In this document: positions 9,030 through 18,578 of the stretch, piece by piece
How the letters are laid out: each line of letters begins with the position of its first letter
How positions within the stretch are numbered: position 1 is the stretch's first letter
Virus record (IMG/VR): IMGVR_UViG_3300037183_000082
Coordinates: 16,635-80,634 of that record
Strand: one strand, 5' to 3'
DNA length: 64,000 nt
Source: a virus
Taxonomy: Duplodnaviria; Caudoviricetes
Position numbers and translations under genes: made by a program
Notes under the pieces: model-generated
Database searches by the model: none
What the model was told of the DNA's origin: nothing
What the model saw: the letters and a program-made list of their open reading frames with translations, nothing else

Positions 9030-9698
9030 ATGCAAAGAACAAGAATCAGTTTCGAGGGTGTGAGTCCGCTTCTACAGAATCGGATGTCAGAGGAACAGCT
9101 CATGGCGCTCTTTACGAAAGAGCCGAGCACGCGGCGCAAGTTCGAGGCGCCCAAGGACATTCGCGAGACGGCGCGAAGCAAAGTACACATGACCGAGGCA
9201 GGACTGCCCTACGTTCCGGCAGAGATGTTCATGTCGTGCTGCATCATCGCAGGTCGCTTTATCAAACTCGACGGCAAGCGGCAGATGTCGACAGCTAACT
9301 CGACGCTCCTGCCCGGCTTTCTCTCAGTCGAAGAGACGTTCTTCTACCTCGTGGACCCGCGACAGGGCGGCCCGGCCGAGTGGGCAACAGCTACGCAAAC
9401 AGCCCCGGCGCAGCCAAAACACCCAGCTGAGTGGGAATCCGACATTCGACGTGGTGTGAGCAACAACGCAGGTGGAAGCGCCGTTGCCATCGTACGCCCC
9501 CGCTTTGATCGCTGGGGTTTCACGGTGACGTGCATGCTCGACACCGATCAGCTCAGTGAAGCAACTTTCCGCGAGCTGTTCGATATTGCTGGCTCGCGCG
9601 TCGGGATCGGCGACTTCCGTCCGATGCGCAAAGGCATTTACGGTCGTTTCAAGGTCACAGGCTGGCAGCGCATGGACGAGCTGAAGTCCGCATCATGA
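9030..9698 (+). CDS. stand-alone RAMP / Cas7-like protein (Vipr-like)
   Basis: ISFEGVSPLL beta1, PYVPAE motif, hairpin ending in RPRF..W, C-terminal G-rich loop AGSRVGIGDFRPMRKGIYGRF. Confidence 0.8.
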   Translation: MQRTRISFEGVSPLLQNRMSEEQLMALFTKEPSTRRKFEAPKDIRETARSKVHMTEAGLPYVPAEMFMSCCIIAGRFIKLDGKRQMSTANSTLLPGFLSVEETFFYLVDPRQGGPAEWATATQTAPAQPKHPAEWESDIRRGVSNNAGGSAVAIVRPRFDRWGFTVTCMLDTDQLSEATFRELFDIAGSRVGIGDFRPMRKGIYGRFKVTGWQRMDELKSAS

Positions 9699-10435
9699 GC
9701 AGCTTGCTCGCCAAATGTCTGAACGCGCAGACGATCAACACCGATGGGCAACTGCCCTGGCTGCACTTCTTCGTGTATGGCGAGGGCGGAAGTGGGAAAA
9801 CCACACTCTGCGCGACCTTTCCGCGTCCGCTGCTCCTCGTGCCGAAGATTGAAAACTCGGTCACGACGCTTGCAGGACAGGACGTGCCCTACCTCTTTAC
9901 GGATGGCCGGAACGCGACCCTTCGCAATGGCTGCGGCGGCCTTGAAACCATCGTGGCGATGCTTGAGAACGAGTACACCGCGAACCCTCAGGCCTTCCCG
10001 TTCGATACGATCTGTCTGGAGTCGTTCTCGCACTACATCGAGATCTTCCAAGAGGAGCTGACGCAGGGCAACAAGACGGCCATGGACCAGCGCGGCTGGG
10101 GGTTGCTCGCCACCCACGTCCGCAACATCCAGGCCCGGCTGCGCGCGCTCGAAGTGCACGTGGTGTTCACGGCGCTCGCCAAGCTTGAAACCGACGCTGC
10201 CGGCCACACGCATGGCGGCCCGATGCTCCCGGGCAAGACGGCGGCGATGCTTCCGACCGCGTGTGACGTCGTTGCGTACTGCGAGGCCGGCACAGGCAAG
10301 GTGCCCATCTACAAGACGCACTTTCGCCGGCACAACCACTTCTTTGCGCGCACGCGCTTCAAGAGCCTGCCGGCTGCCATCGAAAACTGCACTTTCGAGA
10401 AGATGCGTCCATTCCTGGACGGATCTGCTCAGTAA
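9695..10435 (+). CDS. AAA_24 / Sak4-like ATPase (phage NTP-binding recombination protein)
   Basis: YGEGGSGKTT Walker A; next to DUF669 gene. Confidence 0.85.
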   Translation: MSSLLAKCLNAQTINTDGQLPWLHFFVYGEGGSGKTTLCATFPRPLLLVPKIENSVTTLAGQDVPYLFTDGRNATLRNGCGGLETIVAMLENEYTANPQAFPFDTICLESFSHYIEIFQEELTQGNKTAMDQRGWGLLATHVRNIQARLRALEVHVVFTALAKLETDAAGHTHGGPMLPGKTAAMLPTACDVVAYCEAGTGKVPIYKTHFRRHNHFFARTRFKSLPAAIENCTFEKMRPFLDGSAQ

Positions 10436-10449
10436 ATAGGGGGAAACAA

Positions 10450-11025
10450 ATGCCAGAGATTGAATTCAACGCAACGCAAGGAACCGTGTTCACGCCGCTG
10501 CCCAAGGGCTCCTACACGGCGCTGATCGAAAACATCGAGTTCAGCAAGACCAAGGAAAAGAACAACCCTCAGATGTGTCTCATCATGCGGGTGTCGGGTG
10601 GTGAGTACGACGGTCGCGAAGTTCGCGACTGGATGGTCACCGGCGGCGAGAACGCGCACAAGTCGGGCTGGCGCATCGCGAACCTGCTCGAAGCAACCAT
10701 CCCAGGCGAGTACGACGAGATCGAGACCGGGGAGCTGAACGAGAAGGGCAAGCCCCTTTACCGCTACAAGTTCAACACGGACCACCTGATCGGGGTCTCG
10801 GTGAGCTTCAAGGCGACCATCGAGGAAGACAACAAGGGCGAGGACCGCAACCAGTTCCGCTACATCGCCAAGACTGGCGCCACGGAGGCTGCCAAGGCTT
10901 CCGACGCCCAGACCCAGGCCGGCTTGCCCGCTGCGGTTGCGCAAACGCAGCCCGCACAAGCCGCGCCCGCCACACAGGCTGCGGCGCCTGCCACTTCGGG
11001 CCGTCGCGCTCGGCTGTCGGCCTAA
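10450..11025 (+). CDS. DUF669-family (SSB-like) protein
   Basis: FTPLPKGSY..IE pattern, Ala/Gln-rich tail, standard position after AAA_24. Confidence 0.75.
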   Translation: MPEIEFNATQGTVFTPLPKGSYTALIENIEFSKTKEKNNPQMCLIMRVSGGEYDGREVRDWMVTGGENAHKSGWRIANLLEATIPGEYDEIETGELNEKGKPLYRYKFNTDHLIGVSVSFKATIEEDNKGEDRNQFRYIAKTGATEAAKASDAQTQAGLPAAVAQTQPAQAAPATQAAAPATSGRRARLSA

Positions 11026-11036
11026 GGAAACACCCC

Positions 11037-11498
11037 ATGTCGAACCCCGAAGACGAGCCCGAGATGGACCTCACACCCGAGCAACAAGCCGCCTACGATC
11101 AAGGCGTCTTGGTGATTCGGCAAATCGCCGAGGCCATTTTGCCGTTTGCGCCCGAGATGACCGAAGCGCAGCTCAGCGGGCTCGCGATCGGGGCGCTCGA
11201 AGAACAGCAAAAGGTCATGCACGAGATCTTTCCAACGCTGTTCGGCGAGCAGGCGCACCACTACCCATCGATCCAGGTGTTGATCAAGGGCCCGAACGGC
11301 ATGGAAGGCGCTGTCACCGCGCCCAAACGCCTGGAAGGTGTCGAGGATCCGCAGCCTGGCCTGCAGTGGGCATTCATGCAGGCGCTTCTGCTCTCACCGA
11401 GTGTGCGCGCCATCCTGCGCGTCTGGGGCTTCACGTACTCGTTTGCCCAGGTGCAGGCGGACGTGTCGAAGCCGACCGGCATCATCGTCAAGCACTGA
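11037..11498 (+). CDS. hypothetical protein
   Basis: 153-aa ORF with AAGGA RBS. Confidence 0.75.
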   Translation: MSNPEDEPEMDLTPEQQAAYDQGVLVIRQIAEAILPFAPEMTEAQLSGLAIGALEEQQKVMHEIFPTLFGEQAHHYPSIQVLIKGPNGMEGAVTAPKRLEGVEDPQPGLQWAFMQALLLSPSVRAILRVWGFTYSFAQVQADVSKPTGIIVKH

Positions 11499-11511
11499 GA
11501 CCGCGTCGAGT

Positions 11512-11544
11512 CGGGGCCTCGCACAAGCGCCCCAAGTTTTTTTT
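11512..11544 (+). terminator. probable intrinsic terminator
   Basis: GGGGC...GCCCC stem followed by T8. Confidence 0.5.
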
Positions 11545-11558
11545 CTCGGGGGAATCCA

Positions 11559-11777
11559 ATGTCTCACACCTGCCATGCGCGCGGCTGCGTTCGGTCGTGC
11601 CTGCCTGAGTTTCTCATGTGCGGTAAGCACTGGCGCATGGTGCCCAAACAGCTGAAAGACGCTGTCTGGAAGCACTACCGCCCCGGGCAGGAGATCGACA
11701 AGGATCCGACACCTGAGTATTTGAAAGTCGCGCAAGACGCGATTGCTTGGGTTGCAGACGTCGAGGTCGGCGCGTGA
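11559..11777 (+). CDS. small Cys/His zinc-binding phage protein
   Basis: C....C...LMC..HW..VP motif. Confidence 0.7.
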   Translation: MSHTCHARGCVRSCLPEFLMCGKHWRMVPKQLKDAVWKHYRPGQEIDKDPTPEYLKVAQDAIAWVADVEVGA

Positions 11778-11959
11778 GATCGATATGGCTATTGCCCGGG
11801 GTGGCGCGCGTGTTCAAGACGAAGCGTGCGGCTTTGGCTTTCAAGCTTGCGTGGAAGATCCGCGGCGAGCCGTCCCAATATCTACGTGCTCCGCGATTTA
11901 TCAAGGATCCGCCCGCGCGCGTCGTGCGCCCGAAATATAGAAAGCCGGCGCCGGTATGA
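11774..11959 (+). CDS. small basic hypothetical protein
   Basis: GTGA/ATGA coupling on both sides. Confidence 0.5.
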   Translation: MRSIWLLPGVARVFKTKRAALAFKLAWKIRGEPSQYLRAPRFIKDPPARVVRPKYRKPAPV

Positions 11960-12477
11960 GCAACGAGCACATGCACGGCACCAACGACACGTGGTGCACG
12001 CCAGAGCCGATCTGGGGCCCGCTCGTCGAGCACCTAGGGCCGATCTCACTCGATCCCATGACGAATCCGCGCAGCAAGGTGCCTGCGAACGAGCGCTGGA
12101 CTGACTGGGACGGCAACGTTGCACGGTTCGGGCTGATCAAGCGCAACGCCTACGAGCATTCGTGGGATAGCTACCCGTTCGTGTTCGTAAACGGGCCGTG
12201 GTCTGTGATGGCGCCATGGTGCAAGCAAGCCGCCGAGCGCGTGCATTTCAACCACACGGTGCTCCTTGTGCCTGTGCGCCCGACGGGCGGCGCTTGGCAG
12301 AAGTGGATCTTTCCGAACTTCGCGGTGCTCTGGCTCAACTTCCGCATCCAGTTCGACGGCGCCAAGGATCCTATCCCAGGCCACTGCGCGCTCTGCTACC
12401 GCGGCGATTCGCTGCGAGTATTCAAGCGGGCTTTCAGGGGCAAAGGCACGATCACCTGCCAAAGCGAGATGCTCTGA
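11956..12477 (+). CDS. phage Dam-like DNA N6-adenine methyltransferase (variant motif NGPW)
   Basis: DTWCTP, LDP, FVNGPWS, LVPVR..WQ, RIQF motifs. Confidence 0.8.
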   Translation: MSNEHMHGTNDTWCTPEPIWGPLVEHLGPISLDPMTNPRSKVPANERWTDWDGNVARFGLIKRNAYEHSWDSYPFVFVNGPWSVMAPWCKQAAERVHFNHTVLLVPVRPTGGAWQKWIFPNFAVLWLNFRIQFDGAKDPIPGHCALCYRGDSLRVFKRAFRGKGTITCQSEML

Positions 12478-12956
12478 TGTCGCACTTCAACGGACCGGAC
12501 TACAACGCGCAGCTCGACGACGGGCGGCTGTCTGCGCAGCACGAGCGCGTCAAAGCGCTCATGCTCGACGGGGTTTGGCGCACGCTCGGCGAGATCGCCG
12601 CCGTGACGGGCGACCCGGAAGCCTCGATCTCGGCCCAGCTTCGCCACCTACGAAAGCGCCGGTTCGGCGCCTATGTCGTGCTGCTCCAAGCGCGCGGCGA
12701 GCGCGAGCACGGTTTGTGGGAGTACCAGGTGCTCCCGCCCACCGACGCCTCGATGCGTGCGGCGGAGGTCGCCGACATCGCAGACACCGCAGCGCGCGCG
12801 CTGTCCGTGAAAGAGCTGGAAGCCTCGCTGTTCATGCTGGAGGCGATCTATCCCATCGTGTGTATCGAACACCACGCGCACAAAGTCATCCTGGAGCGTC
12901 TTTTCTACTATCTCGAAGCGCGGTTCGAGCGCCGCACCCAGGTGAAAGCAGCATGA
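12477..12956 (+). CDS. winged-HTH DNA-binding protein
   Basis: WRTLGEIA..TG..EASISAQLRHLRK. Confidence 0.7.
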   Translation: MSHFNGPDYNAQLDDGRLSAQHERVKALMLDGVWRTLGEIAAVTGDPEASISAQLRHLRKRRFGAYVVLLQARGEREHGLWEYQVLPPTDASMRAAEVADIADTAARALSVKELEASLFMLEAIYPIVCIEHHAHKVILERLFYYLEARFERRTQVKAA

Positions 12957-13354
12957 CACCCGTCCAACTTGAGAGCCCTTACGCAGGCCACGTCCATCGC
13001 AACAAGGCCTACCTACAGCTCTGCATCCGCGATTGCTTTGAGCGCGGCGAGGCGCCATTCGCGTCGCACCAGCTCTATGTGGATGCGCTCGACGACGACA
13101 TCGCGATCGAGCGAAAGCAGGGCATCGAAGCGGGCTTGATCTGGGGCAAGTTCGCCGAACGTACGGTGGTCTACACAGACTTCGGGATTTCGAGTGGCAT
13201 GAAGCACGGAATCCTTGCGGCCGAGAAGCTTCGACGCCCGTGCATTTTTCGCACGCTGAAAGACTTCGACCGCGTCACGTTCTACACGGCGACTGACGAG
13301 CTGCAAGAGACAGACTGGCACGAGCTGCTCACACGCTGCCGGAGCGTGCGATGA
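12953..13354 (+). CDS. conserved phage protein (nucleoside deoxyribosyltransferase-like fold)
   Basis: ESPYAG..RN..Y..C.RD...GEAPFASH..Y; VVYTDFGISSGM..GI. Confidence 0.65.
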   Translation: MTPVQLESPYAGHVHRNKAYLQLCIRDCFERGEAPFASHQLYVDALDDDIAIERKQGIEAGLIWGKFAERTVVYTDFGISSGMKHGILAAEKLRRPCIFRTLKDFDRVTFYTATDELQETDWHELLTRCRSVR

Positions 13355-16300
13355 GCCCGAACCGCCCGACGCGTTTTCCGATCTACACCGAGGCGCACGC
13401 CAACTGCAGCAAGTGCGAGCTGCAACCAGCCTGCGAGGACGGCAAGGTCGTACAGGCCTACCAGCCGGCCAGCGACGCGCCTTTCAACGGTATCATGATC
13501 GTGGGCGAGGGTCCCGGGCATCACGAGGTCATCCAGGGCCGCCCGTTCGTGGGACCTTCCGGGCGCTTGCTCCGTGCGATTCTCAAGTCGCTCGGGGCTG
13601 ATCTCGACGCTTGCTACATCACCAACGCAACGTTGTGCCGACCGCCTATCACGGCATCGGATGACAAACGCTCGTTCATGCAGAAGTTCCCCCGCGCGGT
13701 GCACAGCTGCCTGCCGCGCCTGGAGCTTGAGATCACTGCTGTCCGCCCGCGCGTGATCCTCGCGCTCGGGGCACAAGCCCTGGCTGCGCTCACGGGCTAC
13801 GAGGAGCACTACACGAAGCTTCTGCCCGCGCCGCCGTGCGAGACGTGTAAGGGCGGCCATGTGCTGAAAGACGGTGGGGAGACGCCGCGCAGGGTGGTCG
13901 GCGTGCAGTGCTCCAAAGGTGAGTGCAAGCACCGCATTCTCTTGCCGCCCCAGTTCGAGGGAAAGAAGGTCAAAGGGCTCGATCTGCCCGATATCCTGCC
14001 CACGGATTGCCCCAAGTGCGGCGCGACCTTGCAGCGGCTCACGGTGCGACAGATCCCGTGCCCGACCTGCGGCGGCCTCAAGCGCGTCGAGACGCCACTT
14101 GTGAACTTTCGGTGGGACTACCAGCTCGGCGAGGTCGCAGGGGCTGTCATCGATGCGAGCAAGCACGGGTGGGAGACGTGTGGCGTGCGGTACGTGATCG
14201 CGACCTACCACCCCTCGTTCTTGCTTCGACCTCCGCCCAGCTCAGGCACGGGCGAGGACAAGGCCATGGGCGGCCAGTACGCGGCGCCTTGCGTTCAGAA
14301 GCACATGAAAAAGTCGCTGCGTCTACTCACCGAGGACGCGGACTGGTCCACAGGTTTTGAGGTCACAGACGAGTCGGACCACACAGACGCTGCGGCGCAC
14401 TTGCTCGACTACATCTACGGCGACCCGGCAGTCACCGAGTTCACATGCGATATCGAGAGCGAGGGCTGGGGCTCCGAATACGTCTGCCAGGTGTGCGAGA
14501 CGAAGTCTGGGATCATCCGCACCGCACCACCGACCGAGCTGTCCGCCGAGCTGCACCATTGCGAGACGTGCACAACCGCCGCGAACGCAGTTTTGCGGGC
14601 GGAGAACAAGGAAGAAACGGGCCCGCTGTTCACGCAGCACGTGCCGATCGTAAAAGAGCTGGACGCCCGCAAGATCGCCGAGGTGTCGAAGATCAAGATC
14701 CTGGGGTTCGCGAGCCGTAAGCGTGGCTATTCGTTGGTCACAGACACGCGCACGCTCGACCCTGACAATACAAGCGACCCGCTCTATCAGGCCATCGTCA
14801 AGGTGCTCACCGACACGACCTTGCGCATCTGCTTTCACCACGGCAACTACGACGTGCCGGCGCTGTACAAGCTCTGGGGCATTGAGGTCAAGAACTACAC
14901 AGACGACACGCTGATCCTGCACCACGATCTGTACCCGGACGAAAAGCACTCGCTGTCGCACGTCGCATTCGAGTTTACCGATGTCCACGCGTGGAAGCCG
15001 CCCAAGAAACTTCACAACCGACTCGCGCACGAGTCGTTCGAGGAAGAGTGCGCGTACAACGCACGCGACACGATGCTCACGGACGACTCGCTCCAACAGA
15101 TGAAGCTCAAGCTTGCCCCGAAGCACCTCGATAAGGTCTACGCCATCGACATGCAGCTGCAGCAGCAGGCTGTTGAGATGTGGCGCAACGGGATGTACGT
15201 CGACAAAGACAACGCCATCCGCATCGGCCAGGAGGCAGTCGACCGCGAGCTACGCCTGCAAGCCGAAATGCGCAAGCTGCTCAAGTGGGACAACTTCAAC
15301 CCGCGTTCTGCCACGCAGCTGGCTGAGGCGCTGTTCGATCGCTTTGGCTACACGCCCTCGAAGATGACTGAGGGTGGCGCGCGCTCGACCGCGAAAGAGG
15401 TCGTGCTGCGGCTCACAGACAGCCCCTTTAAGCGCCTCGTGCTCGACCACAAGGATGCCGTGGCCACGCTGGCTAACTTCTTCGAGGTGGTAGACAACCG
15501 CGCCTACCCGGGGCGCAGCCTGCGCATCTGGAACGACCAGCGCATCCGCGCGACGTGGAAAGCGTACGGCGCACGCACGGGGCGTTTCTCGTCCAATCCC
15601 AACTTTCAAAACTGGAAGGCGTGGCTCAAGGCACTCGTGACCTGCGCGCCAGGCCGCAAGATCGTGGGTGCCGATTACGACCAGCTGGAGCTGCGCATTC
15701 TTGCTGCCCTGAGCGGTGATCCTGTGCTCATGGAAAAGTGTCTGAACGCCGACGAGAACGACAAGCTCAACCCGGACAAGGACCCGCACAGCTACGTGGC
15801 GTTTTTCGCGTTCGGCAAGCTGTTCACGGATCTAGACAAGAACGACCCGGCGCACGACAAAAAGAACGAGCGCTGCAAGTGCCAGAAGTGCGAGCGCAAG
15901 GCCCTGCGCGATATCTGCAAGCGTGTGATCTACGGCATGAACTACGGCGCGGGCGACGAGACCGTGCTCGAAGCCATCTATTCAGGCGGGTACAACGGCC
16001 CGCCCATCTCGCTCGACATGATCGGCCGCGTCCGCAAGGCCATCTACACCGCGTTCAGTGGGATCAAGGCCTACCAGGAAAAGCTCTACACCGACGCCGT
16101 CAAGAACAAGGCGATCTTTTCGCCGCTGCTCGGCCGCCGTCGGATCTTCCCGCTCGGCGATGTGCCGTTCACCGAGATCCTCAACTTCCCAATCCAGTGT
16201 CTTACCGGCGCGACGCGCGTTCTCACTGATCGCGGCTACCAGACGCTCGAAAGTCTCAACGCGCTCACGCAAGCACATACGGGCAGCGAACAGGTGCAAG

Positions 16301-17625
16301 CACGGGTGCTCTCGAAGGGCGCGGAGCAAGTTTGGCGTGTGACGCTAGACAACGGGCAGCAAATCGAAACGAACGAGGGTCACTATTTGCTCGGCACGAA
16401 CGGCTGGCTCGCGACGGGTGAGCTGCAGCCTGACACACTGATCGCGCAACCACTTGCACGAGAGCAGCCAACGCGCCGTGACATGACGGCAGGTTTCGGG
16501 CGGGACCCGGACACGTTCTACTGGCTCGGCTACTACGTCGGCAACGGTTCTTGGGATACCGACGATGCGATCAAATTCGCGTTCGGTTCGCGTGTGAAGC
16601 GGCAACACCATAGTGAATACGCCACCAAGTTCCTGGAGTGGGCGCGCTTGCACGAGCTTGCACCGCAAAAGCCGCAGATCGAGCTAAACCTTACTTGCGT
16701 GACGTTGCAGAACCACGCGGCGCGCGAACTGTTCACAAGTCTCGGCGTTATGCCCGGGGCTGGCGCGCATCAAAAGCGGCTTCCGGAAGCTGCGTGGGCG
16801 GGCTCGATTGCGGAGCGCAAAGCCTTCTTGGTCGGGCTGCTCGATGCCGACGGTTCGCTTGCGACAGACCCGCCCAACATCACGTTGTGCAACCGCGCTT
16901 TGCTTCAGGACGTGCAGCTCCTACTGCGGACGGTCGGGATTCCGAGCCGCCTGTACGGGCCCTATGTCGCGGATCGTGCGGGTCACCTGGCGTGGCGTCT
17001 CACGATTCCAGGGACGCTGCTCACACGACTCGGGTACGGGCAAGCGCAGCGTGTGCGGTACCCGAATGACGTGTCACTGGATCCGACCTCTATTGCGGAG
17101 TTTCTGGATACGTTCCCCAAGAATCCGTTCAGTTTTTCGACACAGCAAAGCATGTACATGCTCTGGCGGCGGATCTCAGAGGGTGGTTTCACGAACCCCC
17201 ACACGCTTTTACGCATGTGGGAGGCGCTCGACGCAACACCGACCCAACCGATTTACGCTTTCCATGCGGTGCGCAGCGTCGAGCGTTTGGATCGCGCGGC
17301 GCCGATGTTCACGCTTCACGTTGACCACCCACTCCATCGTTACGACAGCGCTGGCGTGATCAGCAAAAACTCAGGCGGCGCAGACATCATGAACCAGCGC
17401 AATCTTATCTTCGGTGGCGAGGTGCGCAGCATCGATCCCACTGCGATGTACATCGCCCAGGTGCACGACGCCGTCTACTACGAAGTCGACGAGCAGCGCG
17501 CGCCCCAGGTCGCAGACCGTATGACCGAGGTCCTCACCTGGGATACCGCGATGTACGAAGGCGGCCCCGTGATGCACTTCAGTGCGCAGGCGTCCATTGG
17601 CGACACCTGGAAGGCGGCAGCATGA
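13351..17625 (+). CDS. polA: family A DNA polymerase with N-terminal family-4 UDG-like domain, 3'-5' exonuclease and an intein
   Basis: VGEGPG/RPFVGPSG/TYHP (UDG); DIES, FHHGNYD, YNARD (exo); TGRFSS.PNFQN, ADYDQLELR, K..IYGMNYG, QVHD (PolA). Confidence 0.95.
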   Translation: MSPNRPTRFPIYTEAHANCSKCELQPACEDGKVVQAYQPASDAPFNGIMIVGEGPGHHEVIQGRPFVGPSGRLLRAILKSLGADLDACYITNATLCRPPITASDDKRSFMQKFPRAVHSCLPRLELEITAVRPRVILALGAQALAALTGYEEHYTKLLPAPPCETCKGGHVLKDGGETPRRVVGVQCSKGECKHRILLPPQFEGKKVKGLDLPDILPTDCPKCGATLQRLTVRQIPCPTCGGLKRVETPLVNFRWDYQLGEVAGAVIDASKHGWETCGVRYVIATYHPSFLLRPPPSSGTGEDKAMGGQYAAPCVQKHMKKSLRLLTEDADWSTGFEVTDESDHTDAAAHLLDYIYGDPAVTEFTCDIESEGWGSEYVCQVCETKSGIIRTAPPTELSAELHHCETCTTAANAVLRAENKEETGPLFTQHVPIVKELDARKIAEVSKIKILGFASRKRGYSLVTDTRTLDPDNTSDPLYQAIVKVLTDTTLRICFHHGNYDVPALYKLWGIEVKNYTDDTLILHHDLYPDEKHSLSHVAFEFTDVHAWKPPKKLHNRLAHESFEEECAYNARDTMLTDDSLQQMKLKLAPKHLDKVYAIDMQLQQQAVEMWRNGMYVDKDNAIRIGQEAVDRELRLQAEMRKLLKWDNFNPRSATQLAEALFDRFGYTPSKMTEGGARSTAKEVVLRLTDSPFKRLVLDHKDAVATLANFFEVVDNRAYPGRSLRIWNDQRIRATWKAYGARTGRFSSNPNFQNWKAWLKALVTCAPGRKIVGADYDQLELRILAALSGDPVLMEKCLNADENDKLNPDKDPHSYVAFFAFGKLFTDLDKNDPAHDKKNERCKCQKCERKALRDICKRVIYGMNYGAGDETVLEAIYSGGYNGPPISLDMIGRVRKAIYTAFSGIKAYQEKLYTDAVKNKAIFSPLLGRRRIFPLGDVPFTEILNFPIQCLTGATRVLTDRGYQTLESLNALTQAHTGSEQVQARVLSKGAEQVWRVTLDNGQQIETNEGHYLLGTNGWLATGELQPDTLIAQPLAREQPTRRDMTAGFGRDPDTFYWLGYYVGNGSWDTDDAIKFAFGSRVKRQHHSEYATKFLEWARLHELAPQKPQIELNLTCVTLQNHAARELFTSLGVMPGAGAHQKRLPEAAWAGSIAERKAFLVGLLDADGSLATDPPNITLCNRALLQDVQLLLRTVGIPSRLYGPYVADRAGHLAWRLTIPGTLLTRLGYGQAQRVRYPNDVSLDPTSIAEFLDTFPKNPFSFSTQQSMYMLWRRISEGGFTNPHTLLRMWEALDATPTQPIYAFHAVRSVERLDRAAPMFTLHVDHPLHRYDSAGVISKNSGGADIMNQRNLIFGGEVRSIDPTAMYIAQVHDAVYYEVDEQRAPQVADRMTEVLTWDTAMYEGGPVMHFSAQASIGDTWKAAA
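16198..17370 (+). mobile_element. intein with LAGLIDADG homing endonuclease (391 aa)
   Basis: junctions FPIQ|CLTG...ISKN|S; WLGYYVGNGS and LVGLLDADGS motifs. Confidence 0.92.
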
Positions 17626-18020
17626 AAGGCGCATGCCGCGGTTGTGGTTGCCAAGTGAGCCACCCTGACGATGTGATCTGTGCGGCTTGTGAGGGTCGCC
17701 GGCTCGCCTCCAAAGCTCAGATCGATGCGCTCATGCGCAAGGACACGGACGATGAAAACAAGAAAGATCGAGTGCAAGAACGCGCAGGCGCGGAAGAAGT
17801 ATCAGGTCGTGGTCGAGTACAAGAGACGATCCTCGTCGGCCACACCGGACAGTACCTCACCCGAGACAAAGGGCCCTTCGCCGCAGTCGTCATCTGCGTT
17901 CATGAGGACGGATCCTTCGACCTCCAAGTGACTCTGCCGTCGCGCAAGCAAAACCGGCACTTCTTCTACGCCGAGCGGGTGCGCACGACCGGCGAGTTCC
18001 ACCACTTCAGGAGGGTTTGA
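17622..18020 (+). CDS. hypothetical protein (N-terminal CxxC...CxxC)
   Basis: ATGA-coupled ORF. Confidence 0.6.
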   Translation: MKGACRGCGCQVSHPDDVICAACEGRRLASKAQIDALMRKDTDDENKKDRVQERAGAEEVSGRGRVQETILVGHTGQYLTRDKGPFAAVVICVHEDGSFDLQVTLPSRKQNRHFFYAERVRTTGEFHHFRRV

Positions 18021-18022
18021 TC

Positions 18023-18250
18023 ATGAGTCACTACATCGTTTCACTACCAGTCGTCGGGCGCATTGAAGCTGTCATCGAGGCGGAGAACGCAGACGAAGCT
18101 CGCGCCGCAGCATGGGCGTTGTTCGAGGCGGACGGCGAGGACGGCTTCGAGGAAGTCGAGGTCAAAGCCCAGGCGATGCTCGGCGCCACGGTCACGATTG
18201 CAGACGTCGGGGTCGAGTTGACCGAGATCGACGAGGGCGACGATGACTGA
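18023..18250 (+). CDS. small acidic hypothetical protein
   Basis: GGAGG RBS, acidic composition. Confidence 0.65.
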   Translation: MSHYIVSLPVVGRIEAVIEAENADEARAAAWALFEADGEDGFEEVEVKAQAMLGATVTIADVGVELTEIDEGDDD

Positions 18251-18578
18251 CACCTGCCAGGAGTGCGGTGCGGCCGTGCCCGCCGGGCTTGCGGTATGCG
18301 AGGCCTGTTTCCGGGGTCGGGGCCTGTACCGCATCGATGAGCACGGCGAGGGTAAGCCGCCGTGGGATGTGCAGCGCAAGGCCCAAATAAAGCAGCCCCC
18401 CGGCGACCAAACCGAGGGGCTCAAGGACAGACATCCCACTGAAGCGATGCCAACGGAGCCTACCAAAGCTCTGCTGTCGCCGCAATGGCGCCAAGAGGTT
18501 ATCGGACTTCTGCGCGCGCAACAGCTCGAAATCACACTCTTGATCGCAAAGCTCGAAGGGATGGACGCCCATGTTTGA
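18243..18578 (+). CDS. hypothetical protein (CxxC...CxxC)
   Basis: overlapping operon ORF. Confidence 0.6.
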   Translation: MTDTCQECGAAVPAGLAVCEACFRGRGLYRIDEHGEGKPPWDVQRKAQIKQPPGDQTEGLKDRHPTEAMPTEPTKALLSPQWRQEVIGLLRAQQLEITLLIAKLEGMDAHV

